Assembly (NCBI GenBank): GCA_965223855.1
Contig: CBDCXM010000009.1
Span: 1,760,001-1,824,000, forward strand
From: Candidatus Multivoradales bacterium
GTDB lineage: Bacteria; Acidobacteriota; Thermoanaerobaculia; Multivoradales; JAHEKO01
Reading direction: 5' to 3'
DNA: 64,000 nucleotides
The notes beneath the pieces were generated by a model, which ran no database searches, was not told the DNA's origin, and worked only from the letters and a program-made list of their open reading frames with translations. Both the position numbers and the translations under genes were made by a program. Position 1 is the first letter of the stretch, and each line of letters starts with the position of its first letter. Of this stretch, positions 28,125-37,304 are shown one piece after another.

Positions 28125-28991
28125 TCAGGCGGTCCGGTCGGGCGCCGGCCCGAAGACCGCGTGGGGGTAGTCCTCCCGGGCGGCGCCAGGCGGCTCCGCA
28201 CCGCCCCCTAGCGGAACCAGCCCCAGGCCGGCGATCAGCTCGGTGAGCTCTTCGAGTTCGATGGTGCGGTAGAAGCCGAGGTTCCAGTCGAAAACGGCTG
28301 CCTCGTCGCGCTGGCGCCGACCGGGCAGAAGGCGCCGGAACCATCGCTGCCGCCGCCCCAGGCGCGCGTGGGGTCCCTGCCAGCTCGCCAGGATCGGGCC
28401 GCGGACGACTCTCGAGAACCAGCCGACGGCTTCGCGGCACTCGGCGTCCGAGGCGAGGTGCGACAGGCTTCCCCAGCCGAGGATGCCGGCATCGAACGGT
28501 CCGAGCTCCGTGAGATCGGTCGGCTGCTTCGAGCCCGAATCTTCACCACCCGGCTCCTCGAGGCGGGGCAGGTCCTGGTACCCGGCCCGGTACATCGTCG
28601 GGCCATCGGAGAGTGTGCCGCGGTGGTCGGCGAACGCCCGGACCAGCACCTCCGACGGTTCGAAGGCACAGACGTCGTAGCCGAGCTCGAAGAGCGCCCA
28701 CGCCTCGCGACCCCCTCCGGCACCGCCGATCAGGATACGGGCGGGGGGCGCGGGAAAGAAGCGCTCGATCGCCGTCGACTCCCAGGCGAAGAGCCCCTGG
28801 CGCCCTTCGTCGGCGCCCGACCAGTAGTAGGCCTGCCGGCCGTAGACGAGGTCGTTGATCTGGGCGAGAACCGGGTCCGGAGCCCACGCCAGGATGGTGT
28901 CGCGCAGCGCTCGATCGACGTCCGCGTGGGCTCGGCCGATGGCGAGGATCCATCTCGACACCCTCCGCGCCCAGGCCGTCGAGGAACTCAT
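28125..28991 (-). CDS. Class I SAM-dependent methyltransferase-like protein
   Basis: GLFAWE, RILIGGAGGGREA, AFEPS, FDAGILGWGSLSH; ATG 28991 lies 7 nt after TATGAT. Confidence 0.7.
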   Translation of the reverse strand: MSSSTAWARRVSRWILAIGRAHADVDRALRDTILAWAPDPVLAQINDLVYGRQAYYWSGADEGRQGLFAWESTAIERFFPAPPARILIGGAGGGREAWALFELGYDVCAFEPSEVLVRAFADHRGTLSDGPTMYRAGYQDLPRLEEPGGEDSGSKQPTDLTELGPFDAGILGWGSLSHLASDAECREAVGWFSRVVRGPILASWQGPHARLGRRQRWFRRLLPGRRQRDEAAVFDWNLGFYRTIELEELTELIAGLGLVPLGGGAEPPGAAREDYPHAVFGPAPDRTA

Positions 28992-29167
28992 CGGATCGAT
29001 CATACCCAAGGGGGCAGGTGGCTACAGAGGGCTCGACGGCGTGCGAGCGCCGCTCGACGGGCTTGTGTCTCCCAGGTATTCCTGCCAGCGTTGGCAGGGC
29101 GAAAGCGACCTCCGGTCGAACCACGGATGGTCGGGTCCCGGTGGACGGCTTCCTGGTGGAAGAGGCA

Positions 29168-31051
29168 GTGAACGAACAGCAGACGAGACGGCAACGCTCG
29201 GCGCTCGCCGGCCAGCTTCGCAGCCTGCGCCGTGCCCTCGCTCTCGTCTGGCGGGCGGCGCCGCGCTGGACGCTGGCCTGGTTCGGCCTGTTGCTGCTGC
29301 AGGGAGTCCTGCCGGTCGCCATCGTCTACCTCACCCGTGCGGTGGTCGACAGCGTGGTGGAGGTCCTCGGTGTCGGCGCCTCGTGGAGCTCGATTCGTCC
29401 GGTGCTGCTTCCCGCCGCGGGGATGGGCGGTGTCCTCGTGCTGGGCGAGCTGCTGGCGGGTCTCACCAGCTGGGTGCGGACCGGGCAGGTCGAGGAGGTT
29501 CGCGACCACGTCACCGAGCTGATCCAGACCAAGTCGGCGGCGGTCGATCTGGGGTTCTACGAGAGCTCTGACTTCTACGACCACCTTCATCGCGCGCGCG
29601 ATCATGCGATCGAGCGCCCGCAGGCGCTCGTCGAGGGGCTCGGCGGGCTGCTGCAGAACAGCGTGACGCTGCTGGCGATGGGGGCGGTGCTGGTCCCTTT
29701 CGGCGTCTGGCTTCCGCTGGCTCTTCTGGCGAGTACCGTGCCGGCGCTCTACGTCGTCGTCCGGCACGGGCTTCGCCGCCACGCCTGGACGGTCGGGACC
29801 ACCCCCGAGAGGCGGCGGGCGGACTACTACGACGGGCTCCTCACCTGGGAGGAATCGGCGGCGGAATTGCGGCTGTTCGGGCTCGCCGGGCTGTTTCGCG
29901 ATCGCTTCCGGTCGGCCAGATCGCGGCTTAGGAAGGAGCGGCTCGCCCTCGAGAAGCGCCGCGCCTGGGCGGAGACGGGAGCCGGCTTCTTCGCCCTGCT
30001 CGTCACCGCCGCCGCGGTGGCGTGGATGCTCTGGCAGGCGGCGCGGGGCACCGTCACGCTGGGCGATCTCGCCCTCTTCTACCAGGCGTTCACCCAGGGG
30101 CAGAGGCTCCTGCGCTCGCTCCTCCAGCAGGTCGGCCAGGTCTACTCGGATTCGCTGCTCCTCGACGACCTGTTCGCCTTTCTGGCGCTCGAATCGACCC
30201 TCGTCGACGGGCCGCGACCCTCGCCGCGACGCCATCGGATCGAGGAGGGGATCCGCTTCGAGTCGGTCACGTTCCGCTACCCGGGGCGTTCGTCGCCCGC
30301 TCTCGAGGACTGCGACCTTCATCTGCCTGCCGGGGTGCTGGCCTCCGTCGTCGGTTCCAACGGCGCCGGCAAGAGCACACTGCTCAAGTTGCTGTGCCGC
30401 TTCTACGACCCCGATCAGGGTCGCATCCTCATCGACGGGGTCGACCTGCGGGAATACTCGCTCGAGGATGCTCGGCGATTCGTCTCGGCGCTCTTCCAGG
30501 AGCCGGTGCACTACAACGAGAGCGTCACCGACAACATCGTCTTCAGCGATCCGGCCGCCGCGGCGCTGCCCGGACAGGGCGCCGAGCGCGTGCGCGAGGC
30601 GGCGGCGCACGCCGAGGCGAAGTCGCTGGTCGAAGGTCTTTCGTCCGGCTACGAGACGGCGCTCGGCCGCTGGTTCGCCAACGGGATCGAGCTCAGCGTC
30701 GGAGAGTGGCAGCGGATCGCTCTCGCCCGCGCCTACTACCGGCCGGCACCGCTGCTACTCCTCGACGAGCCGACCAGCGCCATGGACGCCTGGGCGGAAA
30801 CGGCGTGGATGAAGCGCCTCCGCCGGTCGGTGGTCGATCGCACGACCCTCCTCGTGACCCATCGATTGACGACCGCCCGGCGCACCGACCTCGTGCTCGT
30901 GATGGCCGAAGGCAGGGTCGTCGAGCAGGGGACCCACGAGGAGCTGGTCGCTTCGGCCGGCTCCTACGCCCAGTCGTGGCTCGAGCAGACCGCCCACCGT
31001 GCCGATCGACCGGACCTTCCCGCGCATAGCGACGCGCGAAGTTCAGGCTAG
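29168..31051 (+). CDS. ABC exporter, fused permease/ATPase
   Basis: 6 TM segments; Walker A GSNGAGKST, signature LSVGEWQR, Walker B LLLLDEPT, THR; GTG 29168 after GAGG. Confidence 0.9.
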   Translation: MNEQQTRRQRSALAGQLRSLRRALALVWRAAPRWTLAWFGLLLLQGVLPVAIVYLTRAVVDSVVEVLGVGASWSSIRPVLLPAAGMGGVLVLGELLAGLTSWVRTGQVEEVRDHVTELIQTKSAAVDLGFYESSDFYDHLHRARDHAIERPQALVEGLGGLLQNSVTLLAMGAVLVPFGVWLPLALLASTVPALYVVVRHGLRRHAWTVGTTPERRRADYYDGLLTWEESAAELRLFGLAGLFRDRFRSARSRLRKERLALEKRRAWAETGAGFFALLVTAAAVAWMLWQAARGTVTLGDLALFYQAFTQGQRLLRSLLQQVGQVYSDSLLLDDLFAFLALESTLVDGPRPSPRRHRIEEGIRFESVTFRYPGRSSPALEDCDLHLPAGVLASVVGSNGAGKSTLLKLLCRFYDPDQGRILIDGVDLREYSLEDARRFVSALFQEPVHYNESVTDNIVFSDPAAAALPGQGAERVREAAAHAEAKSLVEGLSSGYETALGRWFANGIELSVGEWQRIALARAYYRPAPLLLLDEPTSAMDAWAETAWMKRLRRSVVDRTTLLVTHRLTTARRTDLVLVMAEGRVVEQGTHEELVASAGSYAQSWLEQTAHRADRPDLPAHSDARSSG

Positions 31052-31070
31052 GGGCCGGGGAGTCTCGAAC

Positions 31071-31577
31071 GTGCAGGGCCGTCCTAGACTCTTGCCGTTT
31101 GCGCCTGGAGAGATCGCGTTGCTGCCGGCGGCGGTGAGGCTCGCGCTGGCGGCACAGGCCGTCCGCGAGGGAGCGTCGCTCGAACAGTTGCGGCGCCGGA
31201 TGCTCCTGATGCGTCGGGGGACGCCGACCGTCGAACCCGGTCGTGCGGTGCGTGTGGCGCTGTGGGTCTCGAGGACGCTCGGCGACTGGTTTGGTCTTCT
31301 CAACAGCTGCCTGACCCGTTCCCTGGTCCTCGCGAGTCTTCTCTCCGGGCACGAGAACGTGGCGGTCTGCCTCGGGTTTCGACGCGTCGGGTCCGCGAAG
31401 ACCGGAGAAGAGGTCGCGGATCCCCTCGCAGGCCATGCATGGGTGGTTCTCGACGGCGTACCGTTGCCCCGGGACTCGGAGCTCGATGACGAAGGCCGTG
31501 GCTACGAGACGGCGATGACCCTCGACTTCTCGGAGACGGCGGGCGGACGAGCGGCATCGTCGGAAGCGGAGCGGTGA
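31071..31577 (+). CDS. Lasso peptide biosynthesis B2 protein (transglutaminase-like leader peptidase)
   Basis: SCLTRSLVL (catalytic Cys), VCLGFR, GHAWVVLDG (catalytic His); start approximate. Confidence 0.85.
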   Translation: MQGRPRLLPFAPGEIALLPAAVRLALAAQAVREGASLEQLRRRMLLMRRGTPTVEPGRAVRVALWVSRTLGDWFGLLNSCLTRSLVLASLLSGHENVAVCLGFRRVGSAKTGEEVADPLAGHAWVVLDGVPLPRDSELDDEGRGYETAMTLDFSETAGGRAASSEAER

Positions 31578-31736
31578 TGCCTGCCCAGTCCGAACCGGCT
31601 CGCCGGCCGACCACTCGACGCCTTGCGCACGCGAATGAGACTTGGCTATAGTCCCGAACAAGTCCCTTCGCCGTGCGGTCTTTCACCGCGAAAGCGAAGG
31701 AACGGGGGAATTCAAAGGGGAATACGGGGTCTCAAA

Positions 31737-32426
31737 ATGAAATCTGCAATCAAGGCTGTCCTGATCGGTGCGTGTGCGGTGCTGGTGGGCGCGGCGGGTC
31801 TGTCCGCCCAGGAGTACGTCGGCCAGCTCGTCTCCGATGGAAGCTATCTCGGGGATCTGGCCGTTCCGGCCGGTACCTCGATCGAGGCCGGTGCCACGGT
31901 AACGACCTTCGGCCAGCCGGCGATTCTTCACCTCAAGACGGGTCAGCTGGTTCGCGTGTCGGAGGAGTCCTCCGCGGTCGTCGGCAGTTGGTCCGACGGT
32001 GTCCGGCTTTCGGTCACGAGCGGTGAGCTGACCTACCGCGACGCGGGCGGCGGTGCCGTCTCGCTGCGCCCCGGCTTCTCGGCCAGCCTGCGGCAGGACG
32101 ACGGAATCGGCGGCGGCACTCCGGTGAGCGCCGGCGATCCGAACGAAGAGATCGCGATCTGCCACCTCGAGGACGAGAACGATCCGGACGATCCCGACGA
32201 CGACGAGTGGGATCGCCGCAAGGTAGAGCGTCGCGACCTTCAGTTCCACTTCGACCACGGTGACGTCTACGCGGACAAGGATCTGCGGACCGACGACATG
32301 AGGGACGACGTCGAGTGCGGCAAGGCGATCGCCTGGTGGTGGTGGGGCGGAGGCGCCCTGGCGGCCGGCATCATCCTGGCGGACGACGATGACAATCCGC
32401 CGCCGGCGAGCCCGATCGTCCCCTGA
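31737..32426 (+). CDS. Secreted protein with acidic His/Cys motif and C-terminal hydrophobic tail
   Basis: Signal peptide ending GLSA|QE; beta-rich domain; ICH…HFDHGD…C; WWWWGGGALAAGIILA-DDDD-PPPASPIVP. Confidence 0.7.
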   Translation: MKSAIKAVLIGACAVLVGAAGLSAQEYVGQLVSDGSYLGDLAVPAGTSIEAGATVTTFGQPAILHLKTGQLVRVSEESSAVVGSWSDGVRLSVTSGELTYRDAGGGAVSLRPGFSASLRQDDGIGGGTPVSAGDPNEEIAICHLEDENDPDDPDDDEWDRRKVERRDLQFHFDHGDVYADKDLRTDDMRDDVECGKAIAWWWWGGGALAAGIILADDDDNPPPASPIVP

Positions 32427-32450
32427 CGTTCCGGCTGCAAGAACTTCCTT

Positions 32451-32496
32451 CTCGGCCCGGTGCTCCTCGACGGAGTCTCCGGGCCGAGTTGTTTCT
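32451..32496 (+). terminator. Rho-independent terminator
   Basis: CTCGGCCCGG / CCGGGCCGAG stem with inner CTCC/GGAG pairing, followed by TTGTTTCT, 25 nt after the stop at 32426. Confidence 0.65.
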
Positions 32497-32679
32497 GGTG
32501 AGCGGTGCCGGAGGCCGGCGACGCTCGAACCACCCACCGGGTTGGAAGGCCTTCTTCCGGCGCGCTATCATCGCGCCTCCTGAGCGACGGGGCGGCCTCG
32601 CGTCCGACCCGCAATCGCGTCCCTCACGAACCGGTTCCCCCCCAACGTTCCGTTCCTTTCTCCAACGAGGAGTTCTCTG

Positions 32680-33756
32680 ATGTCGACATCGACCCGCCAA
32701 GCCGTCCTTCCCTGGGCTCTGTTTCTCGGAGTCCTGGCCTCTGTTCTCGTTCTCGCCTTCTGGGGGCTCGGCGAGCGCGCCCTGCACGCCGAGAAGGCGG
32801 ACGCGTCTGACGACAGCTCCGAGGTTCTGGCGCGGGTCGGATCGACGGAGGTCATGGCGAGCGACGTCGAGGAGAAGATCGCCTCCGAGCTGGCCCAGAT
32901 CGAGCGCCAGCGTTTCGAGGCGATGGAAAAGGGGCTCGAGACGGCGGTCCGGGAACGGCTGCTGGAGCTCGAGGCGGAGGCCCGCGGCCTCACCGTGGAA
33001 GAGCTGCTGGAGGCCGAGGTCGGCTCGAAGCTCGCCGAGGTCGACGACGCACAGGTCGACGCCTTCTACCAGCAGAATCAGGCTCAGATCCGGGCGCCGA
33101 AGGAGCAGGTCACCGACCAGATCCGTCAGTACCTGAGGCAGCAGCAGGGACAGGGCCTCTCCGAGACCCTGATCGCCGACCTCAAGGCGAAGTACAACGT
33201 CGAGCGCTTCCTCGAGCCAATGAGGATCGAGGTGGCGAGCGAAGGTTTCCCGGAGAAGGGCCCCGCCGACGCCCCGGTGACGATCGTCGAGTTCTCCGAC
33301 TTCGAGTGCCCGTACTGCTCGCGGGTCCTGCCGACGCTGCGTCAGGTGATGGAGAACTACTCCGACACGGTGCGAGTGGTCTTCCGCCAGTTCCCGCTCA
33401 ACAGCATTCACCCGCGCGCCCAGAAGGCTGCCGAGGCGTCGCTGTGCGCCGAGGAGCAGGGCAAGTTCTGGGAGCTTCACGATCTGATGTTCGAGGAGCA
33501 GAAGGCGCTGGCGGTCGATCAGCTCAAGGAGAAGGCGGCGCGGATCGGCCTCGACTCGACCGCCTTCGACGAGTGCGTCGATAGCGGGCGCTTTGCCGAG
33601 CAGGTGGCGACCGACCTTTCCGAGGGCGCCGCCGCCGGCGTCTCGGGGACGCCGGCGATGTTCGTCAACGGCCGGTTCCTGAGTGGCGCCGTCGCCTACG
33701 ACACGCTGGCCGCGATCGTCGACGAAGAGCTGGCGCGCGCCGACTCCGGTAGCTGA
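32680..33756 (+). CDS. DsbA/thioredoxin-domain protein with N-terminal SurA-like helical region
   Basis: VEFSDFECPYC, FPL…H, GVSGTPAMFVNG; GAGGAG RBS. Confidence 0.9.
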   Translation: MSTSTRQAVLPWALFLGVLASVLVLAFWGLGERALHAEKADASDDSSEVLARVGSTEVMASDVEEKIASELAQIERQRFEAMEKGLETAVRERLLELEAEARGLTVEELLEAEVGSKLAEVDDAQVDAFYQQNQAQIRAPKEQVTDQIRQYLRQQQGQGLSETLIADLKAKYNVERFLEPMRIEVASEGFPEKGPADAPVTIVEFSDFECPYCSRVLPTLRQVMENYSDTVRVVFRQFPLNSIHPRAQKAAEASLCAEEQGKFWELHDLMFEEQKALAVDQLKEKAARIGLDSTAFDECVDSGRFAEQVATDLSEGAAAGVSGTPAMFVNGRFLSGAVAYDTLAAIVDEELARADSGS

Positions 33757-33767
33757 GCCCGAAGCGC

Positions 33768-35216
33768 ATGCCTGGCGACGTTCCTCTGGACGAGCTGCGC
33801 CGGGCGCTTCACGAGGCCGCCGACCTCGTCGCCGACTACGTCGGCGGGGTCGGCGAGCGGCCCGTGCTGCCGCTCGTCGAGCCCGGCGAGATCTCCGCCG
33901 CGCTCCCCGACGAGGCGCCGGAGCAGGCGGAGGCGATGGAGGCGATCCTCGCCGACTACCGGAGGTGGATCGAGCCGAACGCCGGGCACTGGAACCACCC
34001 CGGCTTCCTCGGCTACTTCGCGATCAGCGCTTCGGCTCCCGGCATCGTCGGTGAGACGCTGGCGGCGGGACTCAACGTCAACGCCATGCTGTGGCGCTCG
34101 GCCCCGGCGCCGACCGAACTCGAGACGACGGTCTGCGACTGGCTCCGCCGGCTGGTAGGCCTGCCGGACCACTTCCGCGGGCACATCAACGACACGGCGT
34201 CGATTTCGACCTTTCTGGCGCTGGCGGCGGCGCGGCACGCGTCGGACCTCGACGTCCGCCGGCTCGGGCTGGCGGGCCGCGCCGAGGTGCCGCCCCTGAC
34301 CGTCTACGCCTCGGACCAGGCGCACTCCTCGGTCGACAAGGCCGTGATGGCGCTCGGCCTCGGGCACGAGAATCTCCGGCGGATCCCGGTCGGCCGCGAC
34401 TTTGCCCTCGATCCGGAGGCTCTGGCGCGTGCGATCGAGAAGGACCGCTCGGAAGGCAGGCGGCCGATCGCCGTCGTGGCGACCGTCGGTACCACCGCGA
34501 CCACCGCCGTCGATCCGCTGCCGGAGGTCGCCGCGCTGTGCGCCGAGCACGAGCTGTGGTTGCACGTCGATGCCGCGTACGCCGGGAGTGCGGCGATCTG
34601 CCCCGAGTTCCGGCCGCACTTCGAAGCGTGGGAGCGCGCCGACTCGATCGTCTTCAACCCGCACAAGTGGCTCTTCACGCCGCTCGACTGCTCGCTCCTC
34701 TACGTGCGGGACGAGACGCTCCTGAAGGCGGCATTCTCGCTCGTGCCCGCCTATCTCGAGACCGGCGATACGGCGGAGACGAACCTGATGGACCTCGGGC
34801 TGCAACTCGGCCGTCGCTTCCGCGCGCTCAAGCTGTGGATGGTCGTGCGGCGCTTCGGCGCCGAAGGACTGCGCGAGCGGATCCGGGAACACTGCCGGCT
34901 GGCGCGGCGCTTCGCCGAACGGCTCGAGGCCGACCCCGACTTCGAGCTGGCGGCGCCGGTGCCGTTCTCGCTCGTCTGCTTCCGCTGGGCGCCGCGCGGT
35001 GTGGCGCCGGAGCGCCGGGATGCGCTGAATCAGCAGCTCCTGGAGCGACTCAACGCCGGAGCGCCGACCTTCCTGTCGCACGCCGTCCTCGACGGCCGCT
35101 TCACGTTGCGGATGGCGGTGGGGAACCTGAGGACCGAGGAGCGGCACCTCGACGAGCTGTGGTCGCGGATGCGTCGCGTCGTCACAGAGCTGGTCGTCGG
35201 GCTGCGGAGCGACTAG
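33768..35216 (+). CDS. Pyridoxal-dependent group II (aromatic amino acid-type) decarboxylase
   Basis: HWNHPGFLGYF, AHSSVDKA, LHVDAAYAG, NPHKW (PLP Lys), GRRFRALKLW. Confidence 0.92.
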   Translation: MPGDVPLDELRRALHEAADLVADYVGGVGERPVLPLVEPGEISAALPDEAPEQAEAMEAILADYRRWIEPNAGHWNHPGFLGYFAISASAPGIVGETLAAGLNVNAMLWRSAPAPTELETTVCDWLRRLVGLPDHFRGHINDTASISTFLALAAARHASDLDVRRLGLAGRAEVPPLTVYASDQAHSSVDKAVMALGLGHENLRRIPVGRDFALDPEALARAIEKDRSEGRRPIAVVATVGTTATTAVDPLPEVAALCAEHELWLHVDAAYAGSAAICPEFRPHFEAWERADSIVFNPHKWLFTPLDCSLLYVRDETLLKAAFSLVPAYLETGDTAETNLMDLGLQLGRRFRALKLWMVVRRFGAEGLRERIREHCRLARRFAERLEADPDFELAAPVPFSLVCFRWAPRGVAPERRDALNQQLLERLNAGAPTFLSHAVLDGRFTLRMAVGNLRTEERHLDELWSRMRRVVTELVVGLRSD

Positions 35217-35222
35217 CAGGAC

Positions 35223-35435
35223 TCAGTAGAAGTCCGAGCAGGAGAGGTAGTAGCCGCAGCGCGGGTCGGGGCAGAAGAGTTTGCACTTGCGTTCGGCGAG
35301 TTCGCTGCCGCAGATCGGGCAGGTCCGCTGCACCTCGCCCGGGTCGGACGGGCCTGTCTTCGCCCGGGGCGGCTTGTCCGCTCGTTGCGCCGTCGGTCGT
35401 GGCGAGCGGAGGTCGGCCTTCTCTGCCGGAGTCAC
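35223..35435 (-). CDS. Small CPxCG zinc-finger protein (~70 aa)
   Basis: C-terminal CPICGSELAERKCKLFCPDPRCGYYLSCSDFY (6 Cys); fills the intergenic gap; GTG start at 35435 is tentative. Confidence 0.65.
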   Translation of the reverse strand: MTPAEKADLRSPRPTAQRADKPPRAKTGPSDPGEVQRTCPICGSELAERKCKLFCPDPRCGYYLSCSDFY

Positions 35436-35567
35436 GATCAGCAGGGTACCACCGCCCTGATAACCTCCCGCCGCGCCGCGCGGGTGGGGTGCAGTCCCCG
35501 CCCCGGCGGTCATCTGACCGATCTGTAACGGCCCTCGCCGGGCCCTCTCTCGACCGGAGTTCGACCG

Positions 35568-36614
35568 ATGCAAGCGCTGATTCTCGCCGGCGGCAGCGGG
35601 ACCCGTTTCTGGCCGCTCAGCCGCCGGGCAATGCCCAAGCAGTTCCTCACGCTGGAGGGCGATCGCAGCCTCCTCCAGGCGACCGTCGATCGGCTGCAGC
35701 CGGAGATCCGGCCGGAGCAGGTGTGGATCTCGACGACCGAAGCGCTGGCACCGCAGGTTCGTGAACAGCTCCCCGAGGTACCCGCGGACCAGGTGCTTGC
35801 CGAGCCGATGGGGCGTAACACCGCACCGGCGATCGGCTGGGCGGTCGGCTGTCTGCCCGAGGCGGCGCGCGAGGGGGTGGTGGCGGTGCTGCCCGCCGAT
35901 CACAGGATCGAGCAGCGCGCCGCCTTCCGCGACACGCTGGCGCGCGCGGCGCGCGTCGTCGGGAGCGACGATCGCGTGATGACCCTCGGGGTGCAGCCGG
36001 ACAGGGTCGAGACCGGCTACGGCTATCTCGAGCTGGGGGAGGATCTCGAGGGCGATCCCGCGTTGCGGCGGGTCGCCCGTTTCACCGAGAAGCCGGATCT
36101 CGAGACCGCACGCAGCTTCTACGAGTCGGGCAACTACCTGTGGAACGCCGGCATCTTCGTCTTCCGCGGCGCCACCCTGTTGCACCACCTCGAGCGACTG
36201 GAGCCGGCGGTCGGCGAGGGGCTCGCCGCGATCCGCAGCGAGCCGGCACGGACCCGGGAACTCTACGCGGCGCTTCCCTCCACCTCGATCGACTACGCCG
36301 TGATGGAACGGCTCGACGACCTCGGAACGCTACCGCTCGACTGCGGCTGGAGCGACCTCGGCTCGTGGGCTGCGCTTGGCGAGATCCTCGACGGTGACGA
36401 GCGGGGCAACACCGGCCGCGGCGACCTCGTGGCGATCGATTCGAAGGACAATCTGCTGTGGGCCGAGAGCGGCCAGATCGCGACGATAGGAGTGGAAGGT
36501 CTGGTCGTCGTGCGCACCGCCGACACGGTGCTGGTGATGCCGCGCGAGCGGGCGCAGGACGTCAAGAAGGTCGTCGAGACGTTGCGAGCCGGCGGCCGCG
36601 ACGAGCTGCTCTGA
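35568..36614 (+). CDS. manC: Mannose-1-phosphate guanylyltransferase
   Basis: ILAGGSGTRFWPLSR…PKQF, EPMGRNTAPA, FTEKP, WNAGIF, SIDYAVME, GWSDLGSW. Confidence 0.93.
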   Translation: MQALILAGGSGTRFWPLSRRAMPKQFLTLEGDRSLLQATVDRLQPEIRPEQVWISTTEALAPQVREQLPEVPADQVLAEPMGRNTAPAIGWAVGCLPEAAREGVVAVLPADHRIEQRAAFRDTLARAARVVGSDDRVMTLGVQPDRVETGYGYLELGEDLEGDPALRRVARFTEKPDLETARSFYESGNYLWNAGIFVFRGATLLHHLERLEPAVGEGLAAIRSEPARTRELYAALPSTSIDYAVMERLDDLGTLPLDCGWSDLGSWAALGEILDGDERGNTGRGDLVAIDSKDNLLWAESGQIATIGVEGLVVVRTADTVLVMPRERAQDVKKVVETLRAGGRDELL

Positions 36615-37297
36615 TGGTCCTGCCCGCTCTCGTCTGGAGCCGTGGCACGGAGCGGGAGCTGGCACGGTGCGCGCTCCCGCTGGCAGGGCGGGGCGACGGA
36701 GAAGCGGGCGAGTCCGGCCGGCCGCTCGAGATCGAGCTCGGTTTCGGCAAAGGGCGCTATCTGGTCGGACGGGCCGCCGCGCAGCCCGGGGCCGACTTCC
36801 TCGGCGTCGAGATCGCGTCCAAGTACTACCGCCTGGTCCGTGACCGCGCCCGGCGTCGGGGGCTGGCCAACTTGACTCTGGTGCGCGCCGAGGCGGTCTT
36901 CCTGATGGCGACGGCGTTGCCGCGGGCAGAAGCGAGAGCGGTGCACGTCTACCATCCCGATCCGTGGCCGAAGGACCGCCACCACAAGCGTCGCCTCTTC
37001 GACCCGGAGACGGTCGATCTCGTGCTGGGCCTGCTCGAGCCGGGCGGTCGTCTCTTCTTCGCCACCGACTTTCTCGAGTATGGCGACGTGGTGACCGAGC
37101 TGCTGGAGTCGCATCCCGCCCTCGACGTCGAGACGGTCGACGGCTGGCCGGAGGGCCCCCGTACCAACTACGAGGCGAAGTTCGTCGCTCGCGGTCAGCC
37201 GATCACCCGACTGATAGCCACCCGCCGCGGTGCGCCGGACGAGCTGCTGCATCCGGCGGGTCGCGCCGGGGTCGTCGTGGCGCCTCGCCCCTTGTGA
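36614..37297 (+). CDS. trmB: tRNA (guanine-N7)-methyltransferase
   Basis: EIELGFGKG, FLGVEI, HPDPWPKDRHHKRRL, FATD…Y, TNYEAK. Confidence 0.9.
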   Translation: MVLPALVWSRGTERELARCALPLAGRGDGEAGESGRPLEIELGFGKGRYLVGRAAAQPGADFLGVEIASKYYRLVRDRARRRGLANLTLVRAEAVFLMATALPRAEARAVHVYHPDPWPKDRHHKRRLFDPETVDLVLGLLEPGGRLFFATDFLEYGDVVTELLESHPALDVETVDGWPEGPRTNYEAKFVARGQPITRLIATRRGAPDELLHPAGRAGVVVAPRPL

Positions 37298-37304
37298 ACG
37301 ACGG

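Noticed and set aside
33768-35216. PLP decarboxylase and DsbA as part of the RiPP cluster
   Set aside because: Separated from it by an unrelated gene and a terminator; the precursor has no Cys for disulfide formation
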